Under the pieces are notes generated by a model that saw only the letters and a program-made list of their open reading frames with translations, had not been told where the DNA came from and searched no databases. A stretch of DNA of 64,000 nt from a virus, in IMG/VR virus record IMGVR_UViG_3300032294_002363, positions 1 to 64,000 of that record; one strand, given 5' to 3'. Positions 27,801 through 36,292 of the stretch are shown here, piece by piece. Made by a program: the position numbers and the translations under genes. Positions within the stretch are counted from its first letter, which is position 1. The number at the start of each line of letters is the position of its first letter.

Positions 27801-29210
27801 TTTATAAATTCTCCAGTATTTATAAGTGGAACAAACTTAAGAGTTAGTGGTGATGTATCAGCATATAACGTATATACAACTGGCCAAATTGGAATAGGAA
27901 CATCCTCTCCTACAGAAAAATTAGAAGTAGCTGGTAATATTAAATTTGGTGATGTTGCAAATGGTTATTCTGCTAAGTTTATGATGTGGGACACTCCAAA
28001 TGGCGTATATAATACTGGAGAATGGGCTGACTCTCAATTTATATTAAGAAATTCTATACCTAATACATATATAGCATTAGGTTTCGAAACAATCACAAAT
28101 TATATAGAATCTAATGGTTCAATACTTAGGCTTCCTTCTGGTAAAGATGATTTTATCGCAATGGATCGCGAAGTTGTTCACAAAACTGGAAATGAAACTA
28201 TCTCTGGCATTAAAACTTTTAATTCTGGCGTAGTTATTAACGTTCAACCAACAGGAACAAACCCCGCGCTAGTTATAACTGGAACTTGGAATAATGCTTC
28301 TCAAATATATACTGGGATTAGGTTAAATGTTACAGACACAAATAGCGATACAAATAGTTCTCTTATAAACTTACAAGTTGGAGGAACATCACAATTTAGA
28401 GTTAGAAAAAATGGATGGACATATATTGGAACATATTTAGATATGGGTGGAATTGGCGGAATAGAGAATATATCAAATACTTATACATTTTATAACAATT
28501 CAATTAGCATGAATGATGGAACTGCAGGATTATTTTTTAGAAATGGTAACACGAGATTATTTTCAGATGCAGATAATCGTATTGATTTTAGAAATGGATT
28601 AAATCCTCAACAATTTAGAGTCTATAACTCTACGGGAACTAATAGCGGCGAATTTGGTTTAATTGGTTGGACGAATAATAGTTTAATAATTGGACCTCAA
28701 CAAACAAACTCTGGCATTCTTCGCGATTTAACTTTAACTGGTAATAACATTAACATAAATGCTTCTGGTGTATTTAATATCTTCGACAATACTAACGTCG
28801 TAGGCAATCTAACAGTAAGTGGCAATACAACAATAACTGGTCACCTTTCTGCAGCTTCTAAATCATTCTTAATAAATCATCCAACTCAAGTTGGCAAAAA
28901 ACTCCAATATGGAAGCTTAGAGTCTCCTTATCATGGAATTAGATTAACAGATAAAAATAAAATCAGCGCCGATTCAGTTCAAGTAAACTTGCCAGATTAT
29001 ATTTCTGCTTTAGTAAATGAAGATAAAGTAAATGTTCAACTCACAAACATTAATCACGACAAAGTATTATTTGTGAAAGAAGTTAATGTAAATGATAATA
29101 ACTTTGTAGTAGGAATAAATCGCGGCTGGTTTGATAAAAATGAATATGAATTTTATTGGAGTTTTACAGCAGAACGAAAAGATATACCAAAACTAACTGT
29201 GGAGTTTTAA
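21822..29210 (+). CDS. giant modular fibre/adhesin protein (2462 aa)
   Basis: Short collagen GPQGPAGPKG; ~13 NLASTGSTL..KI..LSG repeats; ~11 G(N/D)Q.I.G.KTF repeats; four FRV.N.TGTN.GEFG modules; C-terminal KSFLINHP...YGSLESP domain. Confidence 0.85.
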   Translation: MADINVNVVLPDPISVDVTSPTQAIATNISVPGPQGPAGPKGFNPLINGISGDSILFSGRDGIIISSDQSINTIYVSGNSGYFESAINTLTNNLNLTGTNLNNSINNLSGLFTGYTGNLDNNYATDAQLASTGNILNNNINSLSGTLTSNYATITNLASTGSTLVSSINSLNSDFTGFTGNLDATYATDSQLATTGSTLNTRINNLSGYINSSSSNILFTTGNQIKSGRLIIGNDAGSIVDPNSEYTLSLQTNSPRTWLEILNNSGANKGVFFGIEGNDFEQYNWQAGDIKFFTSENFSDGTERLRIKNDGKVGIGTSSPSEKLEVVGNILANNLVYNTGNQIISGNKTFDLAPIVSGNPLITGNLSLYATTINLATTGSTLDNKINSLSGASVLTYGSQSISGIKTFSGQGVVVNFTSGASLLVSGVPVLTGIVGTGNFITLDQLNQSQRNIYISSNGNDSTAQIGNINRPYLTAQAAFNAAILDGSNQYILNFYAGNWTINTASTFNWPITLGVRGIGPTSSSTEAKPTLTITHSVVGSLANPGPNRTIVDFGYHSIILSIESRGGSYGGGLSMNGGAGGNITLYNAIGSTISSFGGPGGPGVGNVGGVGGNINLYNCEITTEIISEGGFNGNATIKAFGGNVYAESSRINSINVPYSISNPNPTNTITLIDCIYNPTTSLIKNITLRNSYEISAAKSTLSSSQNLTAGFLHDFSISNNNLSGILNNLTLHDNQIRPHLTGRNHALTIDFASGIYVNNSDIYGNLRFNNSIIFSGNDAFLNFTSGARLLISGNPVLTGVDLSSYATTANLASTGSTLTSNLASTGSTLNTKIDNLSGYVNSSNSNIVFTTGNQNISGIKTFANDINVLGTGSFNGINLDNINSLVLSGMNINITGNSILNIYNTVRISGNQVLTGVTQDSRAVLTTTNQFIEGRKIFEGTGVFTKLLNANKIYGIDATFDNFFFQPTAADDLVISGGKGTYGGKSADIYLVGGVSNSKVYLLNSTNITGDLNVSRDITAQRSGFFLSGIKIGSNSVIITDEFIKISGDPVIVQSAFTGYSGYVENTYAKISNLASTGSTLDSKINSLSGSSASAANLASTGSILDLKINNLSGYINTQATTISNNLNTTGSTLDNKINSLSGAAVLKYGDQTIDGIKTFRDKVYIHDLYVTGEEFIANVTNNYIESPYILLNLTGGAVDGGIFFVTGVGLTGVNDLGPIIGFDHTDKFKFGISSRGADLSTLNDIAAVQDITAYSGFVNGKYATIINLNSTGSTLDTKINTLSGYSNNTFSTITNLASTGSTLNTKIDNLSGHINSTNSNIVFTTGDQTISGNKTFANYLVFGNENGIGGSISGNYNGVDSNLYINGGGGAAFINLNTSSASIRLGEDGIYINPASEALTIDNTDVIYINGVGSAISAPDTTASFKDVNANNIYAQTGNFQKLYADNLVYNTGNQTINGLKTFTSGIDIYSGTSPQSIRVFNSTGTNSGEFGLFGWQNNNLIVGAQKTNSGIFRNLILTGNNFSVSESAAVFISGNNGGITFGARSAQNQISTISTDNNDILYIQAGLGAGKTIRIGDSSRYIDVNASRLYYQNSASSYFLLVPDAANNLSLRNGTNPNTFRVFNTTGTNSGEFGSFSWQNNNLLIGAQATSSGILRDVILTGNRVISTVPLIISGADLSGINTNGTQGFRLTSRALGLLGDSLQTVLVNEGYGGITQLGTDGNTTLRIQRGDNSSAVLPNNTSLGWHKPSPSNIAEVPDVRLWRDGSGILSLRSDNISRGTNFYITPSGMQFRVFNITGTNTGEFGLFGWQNSQLILGSQQSQSGTLRDIVITGNNININGAGVFNVFDNTNIVGNLNVTGNILLSGNQVLTGSSTLYATSANLASTGSTLDTKVNALSGSAVLLYGDQTINGTKTFTTRPTVNGTGVLLSGEAASLPTTIVYTTGNQNIGGNKTFTGVTTFSGQEVNLVDTALNLSGVGDMTFIGTNINFINSPVFISGTNLRVSGDVSAYNVYTTGQIGIGTSSPTEKLEVAGNIKFGDVANGYSAKFMMWDTPNGVYNTGEWADSQFILRNSIPNTYIALGFETITNYIESNGSILRLPSGKDDFIAMDREVVHKTGNETISGIKTFNSGVVINVQPTGTNPALVITGTWNNASQIYTGIRLNVTDTNSDTNSSLINLQVGGTSQFRVRKNGWTYIGTYLDMGGIGGIENISNTYTFYNNSISMNDGTAGLFFRNGNTRLFSDADNRIDFRNGLNPQQFRVYNSTGTNSGEFGLIGWTNNSLIIGPQQTNSGILRDLTLTGNNININASGVFNIFDNTNVVGNLTVSGNTTITGHLSAASKSFLINHPTQVGKKLQYGSLESPYHGIRLTDKNKISADSVQVNLPDYISALVNEDKVNVQLTNINHDKVLFVKEVNVNDNNFVVGINRGWFDKNEYEFYWSFTAERKDIPKLTVEF

Positions 29211-29211
29211 T

Positions 29212-30015
29212 ATGGCGATAGTATATGGAACCACGCCAGATAAAAGTGTTTTTCCAAAAACTATAAGTAATTTAAGTCTTTGGCTAGATGGTAATGATAC
29301 TTCTACATTATTTGATAGTGATACTGGTGGTAATCGAGTAGTTTCTGATGGAACTGCAGTTGGAAGATGGCAAGACAAAAGCGGAAATAATTATCATGCT
29401 ACTCAAAGTAGTGCAAGTCTTAGAGCAATATTTAAAATAGCCGTTAGGAATAATAAAAATACAGTCAGATTTGATGGAGTAGATGATTTTTATACTGGCT
29501 TAAGTTCAGCTCTATCATTAGCAAATTTAACAAATAAATTTTCAATTTTTGTAGTATCAATACCAGATTTAACTGGAAGAAACAGTGCTTATGGAGGCGG
29601 TGGAATTTTAAGAAAAATGCCAGCAGTGGAAACTAACAATAGTTGGTATTTAGGATATAGATCTAATGGTTCATTAGCTATGAGTATAATTGGTAATCCA
29701 AATTCCATATCATCGAACATAACCGTAGTAGATGACGCTATTACTTTAGGATGTGTTGAATATGATGGAACAGCAGGAGCGAATACTGCAGATAGAACAA
29801 AGTTATTTATTAATACTGTTCAATCTGCCGAAACAGCTGGAGATGGTTCTGGCGGATGGGGAACAGGAGACGGTGAACTCGGTAGAGGATATACATCATC
29901 TACTTATTATTTTAAAAATGATCTTTGCGAGATTATTATATATAATAAAATTCTTTCATCATCAGAAAAAACAAAATTAGAAAATTATCTCAATAATAAA
30001 TGGAAAATATATTAA
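29212..30015 (+). CDS. LamG-like lectin-fold virion protein
   Basis: LWLDG.D...WQDKSGN..HATQ, FDGVDD, EIIIYNKILS...LENYL..KW. Confidence 0.7.
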   Translation: MAIVYGTTPDKSVFPKTISNLSLWLDGNDTSTLFDSDTGGNRVVSDGTAVGRWQDKSGNNYHATQSSASLRAIFKIAVRNNKNTVRFDGVDDFYTGLSSALSLANLTNKFSIFVVSIPDLTGRNSAYGGGGILRKMPAVETNNSWYLGYRSNGSLAMSIIGNPNSISSNITVVDDAITLGCVEYDGTAGANTADRTKLFINTVQSAETAGDGSGGWGTGDGELGRGYTSSTYYFKNDLCEIIIYNKILSSSEKTKLENYLNNKWKIY

Positions 30016-30016
30016 A

Positions 30017-30667
30017 ATGAGCCTTCATCATTCTCCAAGAATAGTAACAAATGGATTAGAATTTTGTTTTGATCCTATTAATCCTAAATCATATAGTGGT
30101 GGCAGTACAATTCGAGATATATCTGGCAATAATAAAAATGGAACATTAAATGGAACATATTCATTGACAACAGTAGAAGGAGTTCGCGGTCTTTCTTTTA
30201 CTAGTACAAGTTCGCCAGTATCAAATCTTATTCAAGCTAATACAGTAAATTTAAGAACAATAAGCATATGGTATAATAGAAGAAGTGGAGTTGGATTTAA
30301 TAGCCAATATTTTTTAGATACAAGAACTGGTATGAGTAATGGATATATTTGGCAAGATGGATTTGGCCCTGGCGCAGGAGGTTGGGATACATCAACAGTA
30401 TATCAAAATGGAAGAGATATATCTTCTGGAGTAAATATAAATACTTTAATAGGAGGTACATCAGGTTTACTTTCTATTGGTGGATGGAGAAATATCACAA
30501 TTGTTAATAATGCTAATTATAATTGCACAATAAGATTTTTTTCTAGATATACCGATAACGAAGCAACAGACGTTGTATTATCTCATGTCATCGCTTATAA
30601 TCGAGCGCTAAACCCACAAGAAGTTTTAGGAAATTATAATGCCCTTAAAGGAAGATTTAATTTATGA
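30017..30667 (+). CDS. LamG-like lectin-fold protein (paralog of 30664-31341)
   Basis: NGL..C.D..NP.SYSG...RDISGN..NGTL ... YNRAL...NYNALKGRF. Confidence 0.75.
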   Translation: MSLHHSPRIVTNGLEFCFDPINPKSYSGGSTIRDISGNNKNGTLNGTYSLTTVEGVRGLSFTSTSSPVSNLIQANTVNLRTISIWYNRRSGVGFNSQYFLDTRTGMSNGYIWQDGFGPGAGGWDTSTVYQNGRDISSGVNINTLIGGTSGLLSIGGWRNITIVNNANYNCTIRFFSRYTDNEATDVVLSHVIAYNRALNPQEVLGNYNALKGRFNL

Positions 30668-31341
30668 GCGCCGCCGCTGGACCAGATTTAATTCAAAATG
30701 GTTTAGTTCTTTGCCTTGATGCAGCAAATCCTAGAAGTTATTCTGGAAGTGGAACAACTTGGCGCGATCTTAGCGGAAATAATAATAATGGTACATTATC
30801 TAATATGGATAATACAAATTTTAGTTCAAATAATGGTGGAAGTTTTATATTTGATGGATCAACCGAAAGAGTAAATTGTGGGAATCCATCATCTCTTCAA
30901 ATAACAGTTGGCACAATTTCTGCATGGTTTAATGCAACTAATACAAATTCTGGATATAATGGTATAATAGCTAAACAATTTGCATGGGGTTTATTTGTTA
31001 GAGATAATATTTTAGTATCATATAGTTGGGGTTCGTCAGGTGGAGAGAAAAGCACTGGACTAACAGTAGGTAATAATACTTGGAATTATGTTGCTATGAC
31101 TTTTAGCGAAACATTAGGGACTCCTTTGAATAATGCAATCATATATTTAAATAGTAGACTAGTATTAACGACTACAATAGGACACGCTAATCATACTGTT
31201 GATGTTCACATTGGAGATGCAAATGCATCACAATTTTTTAGTGGTAATATTGCACAAGCGTCTATTTATAATAGAGTATTAAATGCTACAGAAATATTTC
31301 AAAACTACAATGCTTTAAAAGGAAGGTTCTTATTAACATAA
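30664..31341 (+). CDS. LamG-like lectin-fold protein
   Basis: Same N- and C-terminal motifs as the previous gene; WNYVAMTF; IYNRVL. Confidence 0.8.
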   Translation: MSAAAGPDLIQNGLVLCLDAANPRSYSGSGTTWRDLSGNNNNGTLSNMDNTNFSSNNGGSFIFDGSTERVNCGNPSSLQITVGTISAWFNATNTNSGYNGIIAKQFAWGLFVRDNILVSYSWGSSGGEKSTGLTVGNNTWNYVAMTFSETLGTPLNNAIIYLNSRLVLTTTIGHANHTVDVHIGDANASQFFSGNIAQASIYNRVLNATEIFQNYNALKGRFLLT

Positions 31342-31347
31342 GTGTAA
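31342..31347 (+). promoter_or_regulatory. GTGTAA motif
   Basis: 10 nt upstream of ATG 31358. Confidence 0.7.
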
Positions 31348-31357
31348 TTTTATCTAT

Positions 31358-31894
31358 ATGCCTAATATATTAATAAATCCAAATTCAGGAATAATAGAAT
31401 TCGCCACAGGAACTGCTGGTGGATCAACTTTTGATGCTGGTATAACTGGTGGAAGTCGCGCCACTAGATTAAGTTATGATAATTTTGGAGGATTAAATTT
31501 GACCAGTTATGTTTCTAATGTTACTGGATTAGATAGATTTTCTGTAGATGGAACTAATGGCCGTTTATTTTCTGTTACAGATAATCTTTCTGGATCTCTC
31601 TTTAGCGTTAACGATATAGCTGGTCTTCCAATCATAGAAGCTTTTGATGATAATACTGTTATAATGGGAGCTTTTAATAGAAATGATTTTGTGTTAACTG
31701 GAAATTCATTAGGTTTAGGTGGACTTCCAAATACAGGAACTACCAAATTATATGTTAGTGGAAATACATTAATTATTGGTAATTTAAATGTAACAGGAAA
31801 TATATCACTTAGCGGCAATTCAGTTTTAACAGGAGTAGATCTTAGCAATTATGTTACAAAAAGTTTAGCAATTGCCTATGCTATAGCATTATAA
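31358..31894 (+). CDS. fibre-associated structural protein
   Basis: DG..GRLFSV.D.L.GSLFSVNDI.GLP motif; ends with VTKSLAIAYAIAL. Confidence 0.6.
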   Translation: MPNILINPNSGIIEFATGTAGGSTFDAGITGGSRATRLSYDNFGGLNLTSYVSNVTGLDRFSVDGTNGRLFSVTDNLSGSLFSVNDIAGLPIIEAFDDNTVIMGAFNRNDFVLTGNSLGLGGLPNTGTTKLYVSGNTLIIGNLNVTGNISLSGNSVLTGVDLSNYVTKSLAIAYAIAL

Positions 31895-31912
31895 TATAAA
31901 GGACAATAAAAT

Positions 31913-32770
31913 ATGAAAAAACTTATCACAGGATATCAATTCTTCCCAAGCTCAGGGGTAGTAACTCTAACCGAATATGGACCAACAAATCCAGTATCAC
32001 TAGAAAATTTACTATTAATTACAAATGTAAGTTCTGGTGCAATTATATATAATTTCGCCGATTCTACCGCAGGCGCAGTATTAACTGGAAATAGTAATTC
32101 ATTTAGACTAAATCTTTCTACAGTATCTCAGATGAATACTGGTAATAAATTACAGATATTCTATGACGTTCCAATTGAAGATTTTGATTTTGCTAGTGGA
32201 TATCTTACTGGATATATTACTGGATCTGGTACAAGTACTGGATTATATTCATCTCCTGTTCGATTGGATTATCAAGCAATTGGTGGTCGCGCAGTTGATG
32301 TCGCTTCTGGATTCTTTCCTCAATATGGCAGAAATTCTAATGCAATATTAAATATAGATTCTCAAGGCGGTGGTGCATTAACTTTACAAGCAGATCTTGA
32401 TAAAGATATTGATAGCGTTACAGCATTCCCTCCTGTTGGTGGTTATGCAAGCAATTATTCTATACAAACTGGAGTAGGAACAATTATTAGTGGTAATAAT
32501 AGCCGACTTGCTTGGGGCATAACAAATTATGGTACAGGTAATATTTATCTAAAATTTGGCGCAGGAGCAACAGTAACAACTGGCACAAGCTTTGGTATAC
32601 CAAATGTTATAACTGGTAGTAGTTTTAATATCATCTTAAAAGGTGGCAATACTGAATTTGATAATAACGGCGGCTCATTTTTTGATTTTACTCCAAAGTA
32701 TAATGGACCAGTAAGTGTCGCAGCCTATCCAAATCAAAACATTAAATACATAAGCTGGGAGCTAGTATGA
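31913..32770 (+). CDS. putative structural protein (fibre/baseplate-associated)
   Basis: LENLLLITNV...IIYNFAD N-terminal motif, recalled from aquatic phage structural genes. Confidence 0.55.
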   Translation: MKKLITGYQFFPSSGVVTLTEYGPTNPVSLENLLLITNVSSGAIIYNFADSTAGAVLTGNSNSFRLNLSTVSQMNTGNKLQIFYDVPIEDFDFASGYLTGYITGSGTSTGLYSSPVRLDYQAIGGRAVDVASGFFPQYGRNSNAILNIDSQGGGALTLQADLDKDIDSVTAFPPVGGYASNYSIQTGVGTIISGNNSRLAWGITNYGTGNIYLKFGAGATVTTGTSFGIPNVITGSSFNIILKGGNTEFDNNGGSFFDFTPKYNGPVSVAAYPNQNIKYISWELV

Positions 32771-33045
32771 TAGAACAAAAAGTAATAATCCATTCACCAA
32801 CTATTTCAGAAGAATTATCTGAAATTTTAAAAGCAGTTAAGTTTCTTCATTGGGACGATAGTGGTCATACTCGCACAAGACCAGCAGAATTTGGTTATAC
32901 TATTATGCCAATGCCAATTAAAGATGGTCCAGAACCAGAAGATCCTTTTACCGAAGACATTAGACTAGTAATTGGCTGGTGGTTTATTTGTATTGTTCCA
33001 GAAGATTTCCTTCCACCAGAAGGAGTAACATTGGAAAATGTATAA
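32767..33045 (+). CDS. small acidic hypothetical protein
   Basis: 92 aa, translationally coupled on both sides. Confidence 0.65.
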   Translation: MIEQKVIIHSPTISEELSEILKAVKFLHWDDSGHTRTRPAEFGYTIMPMPIKDGPEPEDPFTEDIRLVIGWWFICIVPEDFLPPEGVTLENV

Positions 33046-33868
33046 AAGATACTATGATATTGATGTTGATGCAAAAGTTTACGCGAATAATATCGTAAAA
33101 GCTGGTGGACGTATTCCATCTGATATAGGTAGCGTTAATGATTTTATAAGAAGATTAAAACAAAATAATCTTTGGGCTTCTTTTGCTGAAGGCTGGCTAA
33201 TGAGATCAACTCAAAATATTGGAACTGGTACAAGCGTTATACCTTTAAAAGACTACAATAATCGTGCTACAATGATAAGCGGTCCAACATGGAGTCCAGC
33301 AGGTATAGTATTTGATGGAGTTGATGATTATATTATATGTAATGCTACAGAAAATTGGAAAAAACTTGTTGCTCAAAAAAGTATAAGTGCATTTTGTGTT
33401 GGAACTTGTCCAACATCTGGAGGAGATGGAAATATGTTAACGGCTTATATACAAACTCCTCAATATATTTTTCTTTGGATTAATCCAAGAGGAGGTTTTG
33501 GACTCAGTGGTGAATATAGATATGGATCTATTGCAGCAGGATCATATTCAGCAACATTTGATAATACCACAACGGGATTTAATGTTTGGAGCTCAACTGG
33601 TGGAGTAGGTAGAAGAACTATAGGATATCGCAATACTACATCAATAGCAAGTGGTGGGGCAGCTTCAGCAGGAGACACTAATCAAGGATACGAACAATTA
33701 CCAAATAATTCTCAAGGTTTTAGTTTAACATTTGGTAGAGCTGCTGGACAATATCAAGGTACATATTCTCATTGCCTTATCTTTACTGATTATCTCTCAT
33801 CCGCAGACGTAACAACAGTTTATAACATAATTAAAAGCACAATCGGAAAGGGTTTAAATTTGCCATGA
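33038..33868 (+). CDS. paralog array member 1 (conserved termini, variable lectin-like core)
   Basis: Y.ID.D...SVNDF...W...QN.G.G ... KSTIGKGLNLP. Confidence 0.8.
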   Translation: MYKRYYDIDVDAKVYANNIVKAGGRIPSDIGSVNDFIRRLKQNNLWASFAEGWLMRSTQNIGTGTSVIPLKDYNNRATMISGPTWSPAGIVFDGVDDYIICNATENWKKLVAQKSISAFCVGTCPTSGGDGNMLTAYIQTPQYIFLWINPRGGFGLSGEYRYGSIAAGSYSATFDNTTTGFNVWSSTGGVGRRTIGYRNTTSIASGGAASAGDTNQGYEQLPNNSQGFSLTFGRAAGQYQGTYSHCLIFTDYLSSADVTTVYNIIKSTIGKGLNLP

Positions 33869-34647
33869 GATTTTACGATCTTGATATTGATGTTAAAAAT
33901 TATGCAAAGCGCATAATAGATGCTGGGTATAAACTTCCACCTGATATTAATAGCGTTAATGATTTTGTGAAAGGATTAAAAATTTTAAACCTTTGGAATT
34001 TAATAGAAGAAATTTGGCTTTTTAGAAAAGAACAAAATGCAGGATCTGGCTCTATATTATATGCTTTAAAAAATAATACTTATAATGGAACACTAAGTAA
34101 TACGATTTGGATTAATTTTGGATTACATTTTAATGTTGATAATGCATCATTTACAGCACCAAATTATAAGCTTAAACCAAGTCCGTTTAGTATACATGTA
34201 ATTGATAATACTAACTTTGGAGGATATACTAGCAATGGTATTGAATTTGGACATTATATAGCAGGTTTAAATTATGAAAGATTTTTTTATTTTCCAGGAG
34301 GAAACAGAGAATATCTTGGATATAGAAGTCTAGATAATGCTCAATTTAATCTTGGATCTCAAATAAATTCAAATAATTTTAAGAGCACATTATTTTCTTT
34401 AAAATCAGCAACCTCTTTTGAAGGTTATTTTGATACAACATACAAATCTGGAGGCACAAATGCTAGTTTTAATTGGGATCGGGATGGAACAACTAATGGT
34501 GCATTTAAATATAATTTTAGAATTGGTCCAAATCCTAATCCAACAACTTCATCTATTATCATCTTTAATGATAATATAAATTCAGTATATTTAAATTATT
34601 ATTCCTTATATAAATCTACAGTCGGTAAGGGGCTTGGACTAGCATGA
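33865..34647 (+). CDS. paralog array member 2
   Basis: Same termini; ends YKSTVGKGLGLA. Confidence 0.8.
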   Translation: MRFYDLDIDVKNYAKRIIDAGYKLPPDINSVNDFVKGLKILNLWNLIEEIWLFRKEQNAGSGSILYALKNNTYNGTLSNTIWINFGLHFNVDNASFTAPNYKLKPSPFSIHVIDNTNFGGYTSNGIEFGHYIAGLNYERFFYFPGGNREYLGYRSLDNAQFNLGSQINSNNFKSTLFSLKSATSFEGYFDTTYKSGGTNASFNWDRDGTTNGAFKYNFRIGPNPNPTTSSIIIFNDNINSVYLNYYSLYKSTVGKGLGLA

Positions 34648-35477
34648 AATATTATAAATTAGATAAAGATGTAAAACAATATTTAAAAAGAATGAGCGCA
34701 GATGGCGTAAAAACACCAGCAGATATTTATTCTGTTAATGATTTTGTTGTTGGATTAAAAGATTTAAGTATATTTTCTAATATTTTGGAAATGTGGTTTT
34801 TTAGAGCAACTCAAAATTCTGGCTCTGGAGTTAATGTTTATTCATTTAAAAATAATAGAAATAATGGCATAATCCAAAATGGAGGAATATGGACAGATAA
34901 CGGCATCTTTTTAAGGGGAAGCAGTAGTCAAAAAATAAGGTTATTTACATATGAAAATTTTCCTAATGGACCAAATGAATTTGGAATACAAGTTTGTGGT
35001 ATTGTTCAACCTGTAAGCTGGGGAACAAGTTCTGGTATATGTATAGTTGGATCAGATAGTTTTTATATTAATACTAGATTTCATATATCTACAGGAATAC
35101 TTGGCGGGAGCACAAGTAATATACAAATGTTCGGAGTAAATTATGTTCCAGCAACGGATGTCTACAATAGACATTATTCTAATTCTCAAGCTGTAATTGG
35201 TAGATATAATTATCTTGCTTATATACCATTTGGTTTGGAAACAAATCAATTTGTTCTAAATTCTTCGGCTGTTGCTCAAGGCGGATCTACAACTTCTTTA
35301 AATTTTGGTCAGGCCACAGGTAAAAATCTTAGTTTATATTGTGGTCCAGATACAACAAATCGAGAAAGCGTGCATTCATTTTTGATAATTTTTCATTCAT
35401 ATGTTTCATCTCAAAATATGGTGAATATATATAATTTAGCGAAGACAACAATAGCAAAAGGGTTAAACATACCATGA
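34644..35477 (+). CDS. paralog array member 3
   Basis: Same termini; ends AKTTIAKGLNIP. Confidence 0.8.
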   Translation: MKYYKLDKDVKQYLKRMSADGVKTPADIYSVNDFVVGLKDLSIFSNILEMWFFRATQNSGSGVNVYSFKNNRNNGIIQNGGIWTDNGIFLRGSSSQKIRLFTYENFPNGPNEFGIQVCGIVQPVSWGTSSGICIVGSDSFYINTRFHISTGILGGSTSNIQMFGVNYVPATDVYNRHYSNSQAVIGRYNYLAYIPFGLETNQFVLNSSAVAQGGSTTSLNFGQATGKNLSLYCGPDTTNRESVHSFLIIFHSYVSSQNMVNIYNLAKTTIAKGLNIP

Positions 35478-36292
35478 AATACTATCAATTAGACAACGAT
35501 ACAAAAAAATACATAAAGCGCCTAAATTATAACGGCTATAAAACCCCTACTGATATTTATTCTGTTGATCAGTTTATAAGAGGATTAAAAGATCTTGGAA
35601 TATGGGGAAATTTTGTTGATGCTTGGTTTATGAGAAATAACCAAAATATTGGAACAGGATCTAATGTTTTTTCTTTTAGAAATTCAACTTATAATGCAAC
35701 GCTTGTTAATTCTCCTACTTGGCATAGTAATGGTATTAATTTTACAACATCACAGTACGCATTTAGTCTTATCAATAATTTAGATCAAGATGTTACTTTA
35801 GTTTTTGTGGGGGCAGGAAACGGCGGGACAGCAATTGTTTTTGGCCAAATTTTTGGTATTCAAAATAATAATGGAATCGTCGGAAGTGGAGAAATAAGAA
35901 TTCAAAATTTTACTGGAAATAGTACTCAAATATCTCTTGGTCATAGAAATTCAGCTCATACCTCAGATCGAAGTTCTGGAACTATAACTAATCCATTTAA
36001 TAATAGTTTAGGTTATACGATGCTTGCTGGTAGCGCAAAAATTAATACAATATTAAATATAAGAAATTTAAATGCAGGGACTTCTAATTCAAGCACTTCT
36101 GCTGGATCAGGCATAGCTACTCTTAATAGAATGCAAATAAATGGCAGGTTCAATGATGGAAATCCCGTTCAACTTGGAGTCAATATTACATCTTCACTAT
36201 GCATGATATTTTCCCCTCAAATAGATTCTCTTACAACTTCTATTTATAATCTATATAAATCTACAGCAGGAAAAGGATTAGGACTAACATGA
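35474..36292 (+). CDS. paralog array member 4
   Basis: Same termini; ends YKSTAGKGLGLT. Confidence 0.8.
   Translation: MKYYQLDNDTKKYIKRLNYNGYKTPTDIYSVDQFIRGLKDLGIWGNFVDAWFMRNNQNIGTGSNVFSFRNSTYNATLVNSPTWHSNGINFTTSQYAFSLINNLDQDVTLVFVGAGNGGTAIVFGQIFGIQNNNGIVGSGEIRIQNFTGNSTQISLGHRNSAHTSDRSSGTITNPFNNSLGYTMLAGSAKINTILNIRNLNAGTSNSSTSAGSGIATLNRMQINGRFNDGNPVQLGVNITSSLCMIFSPQIDSLTTSIYNLYKSTAGKGLGLT

Noticed and set aside
26250-28830. Diversity-generating retroelement TR/VR pair among the fibre repeats
   Set aside because: Differences between copies include T/C and T/A changes and synonymous sites rather than being adenine-specific; no reverse transcriptase in the window
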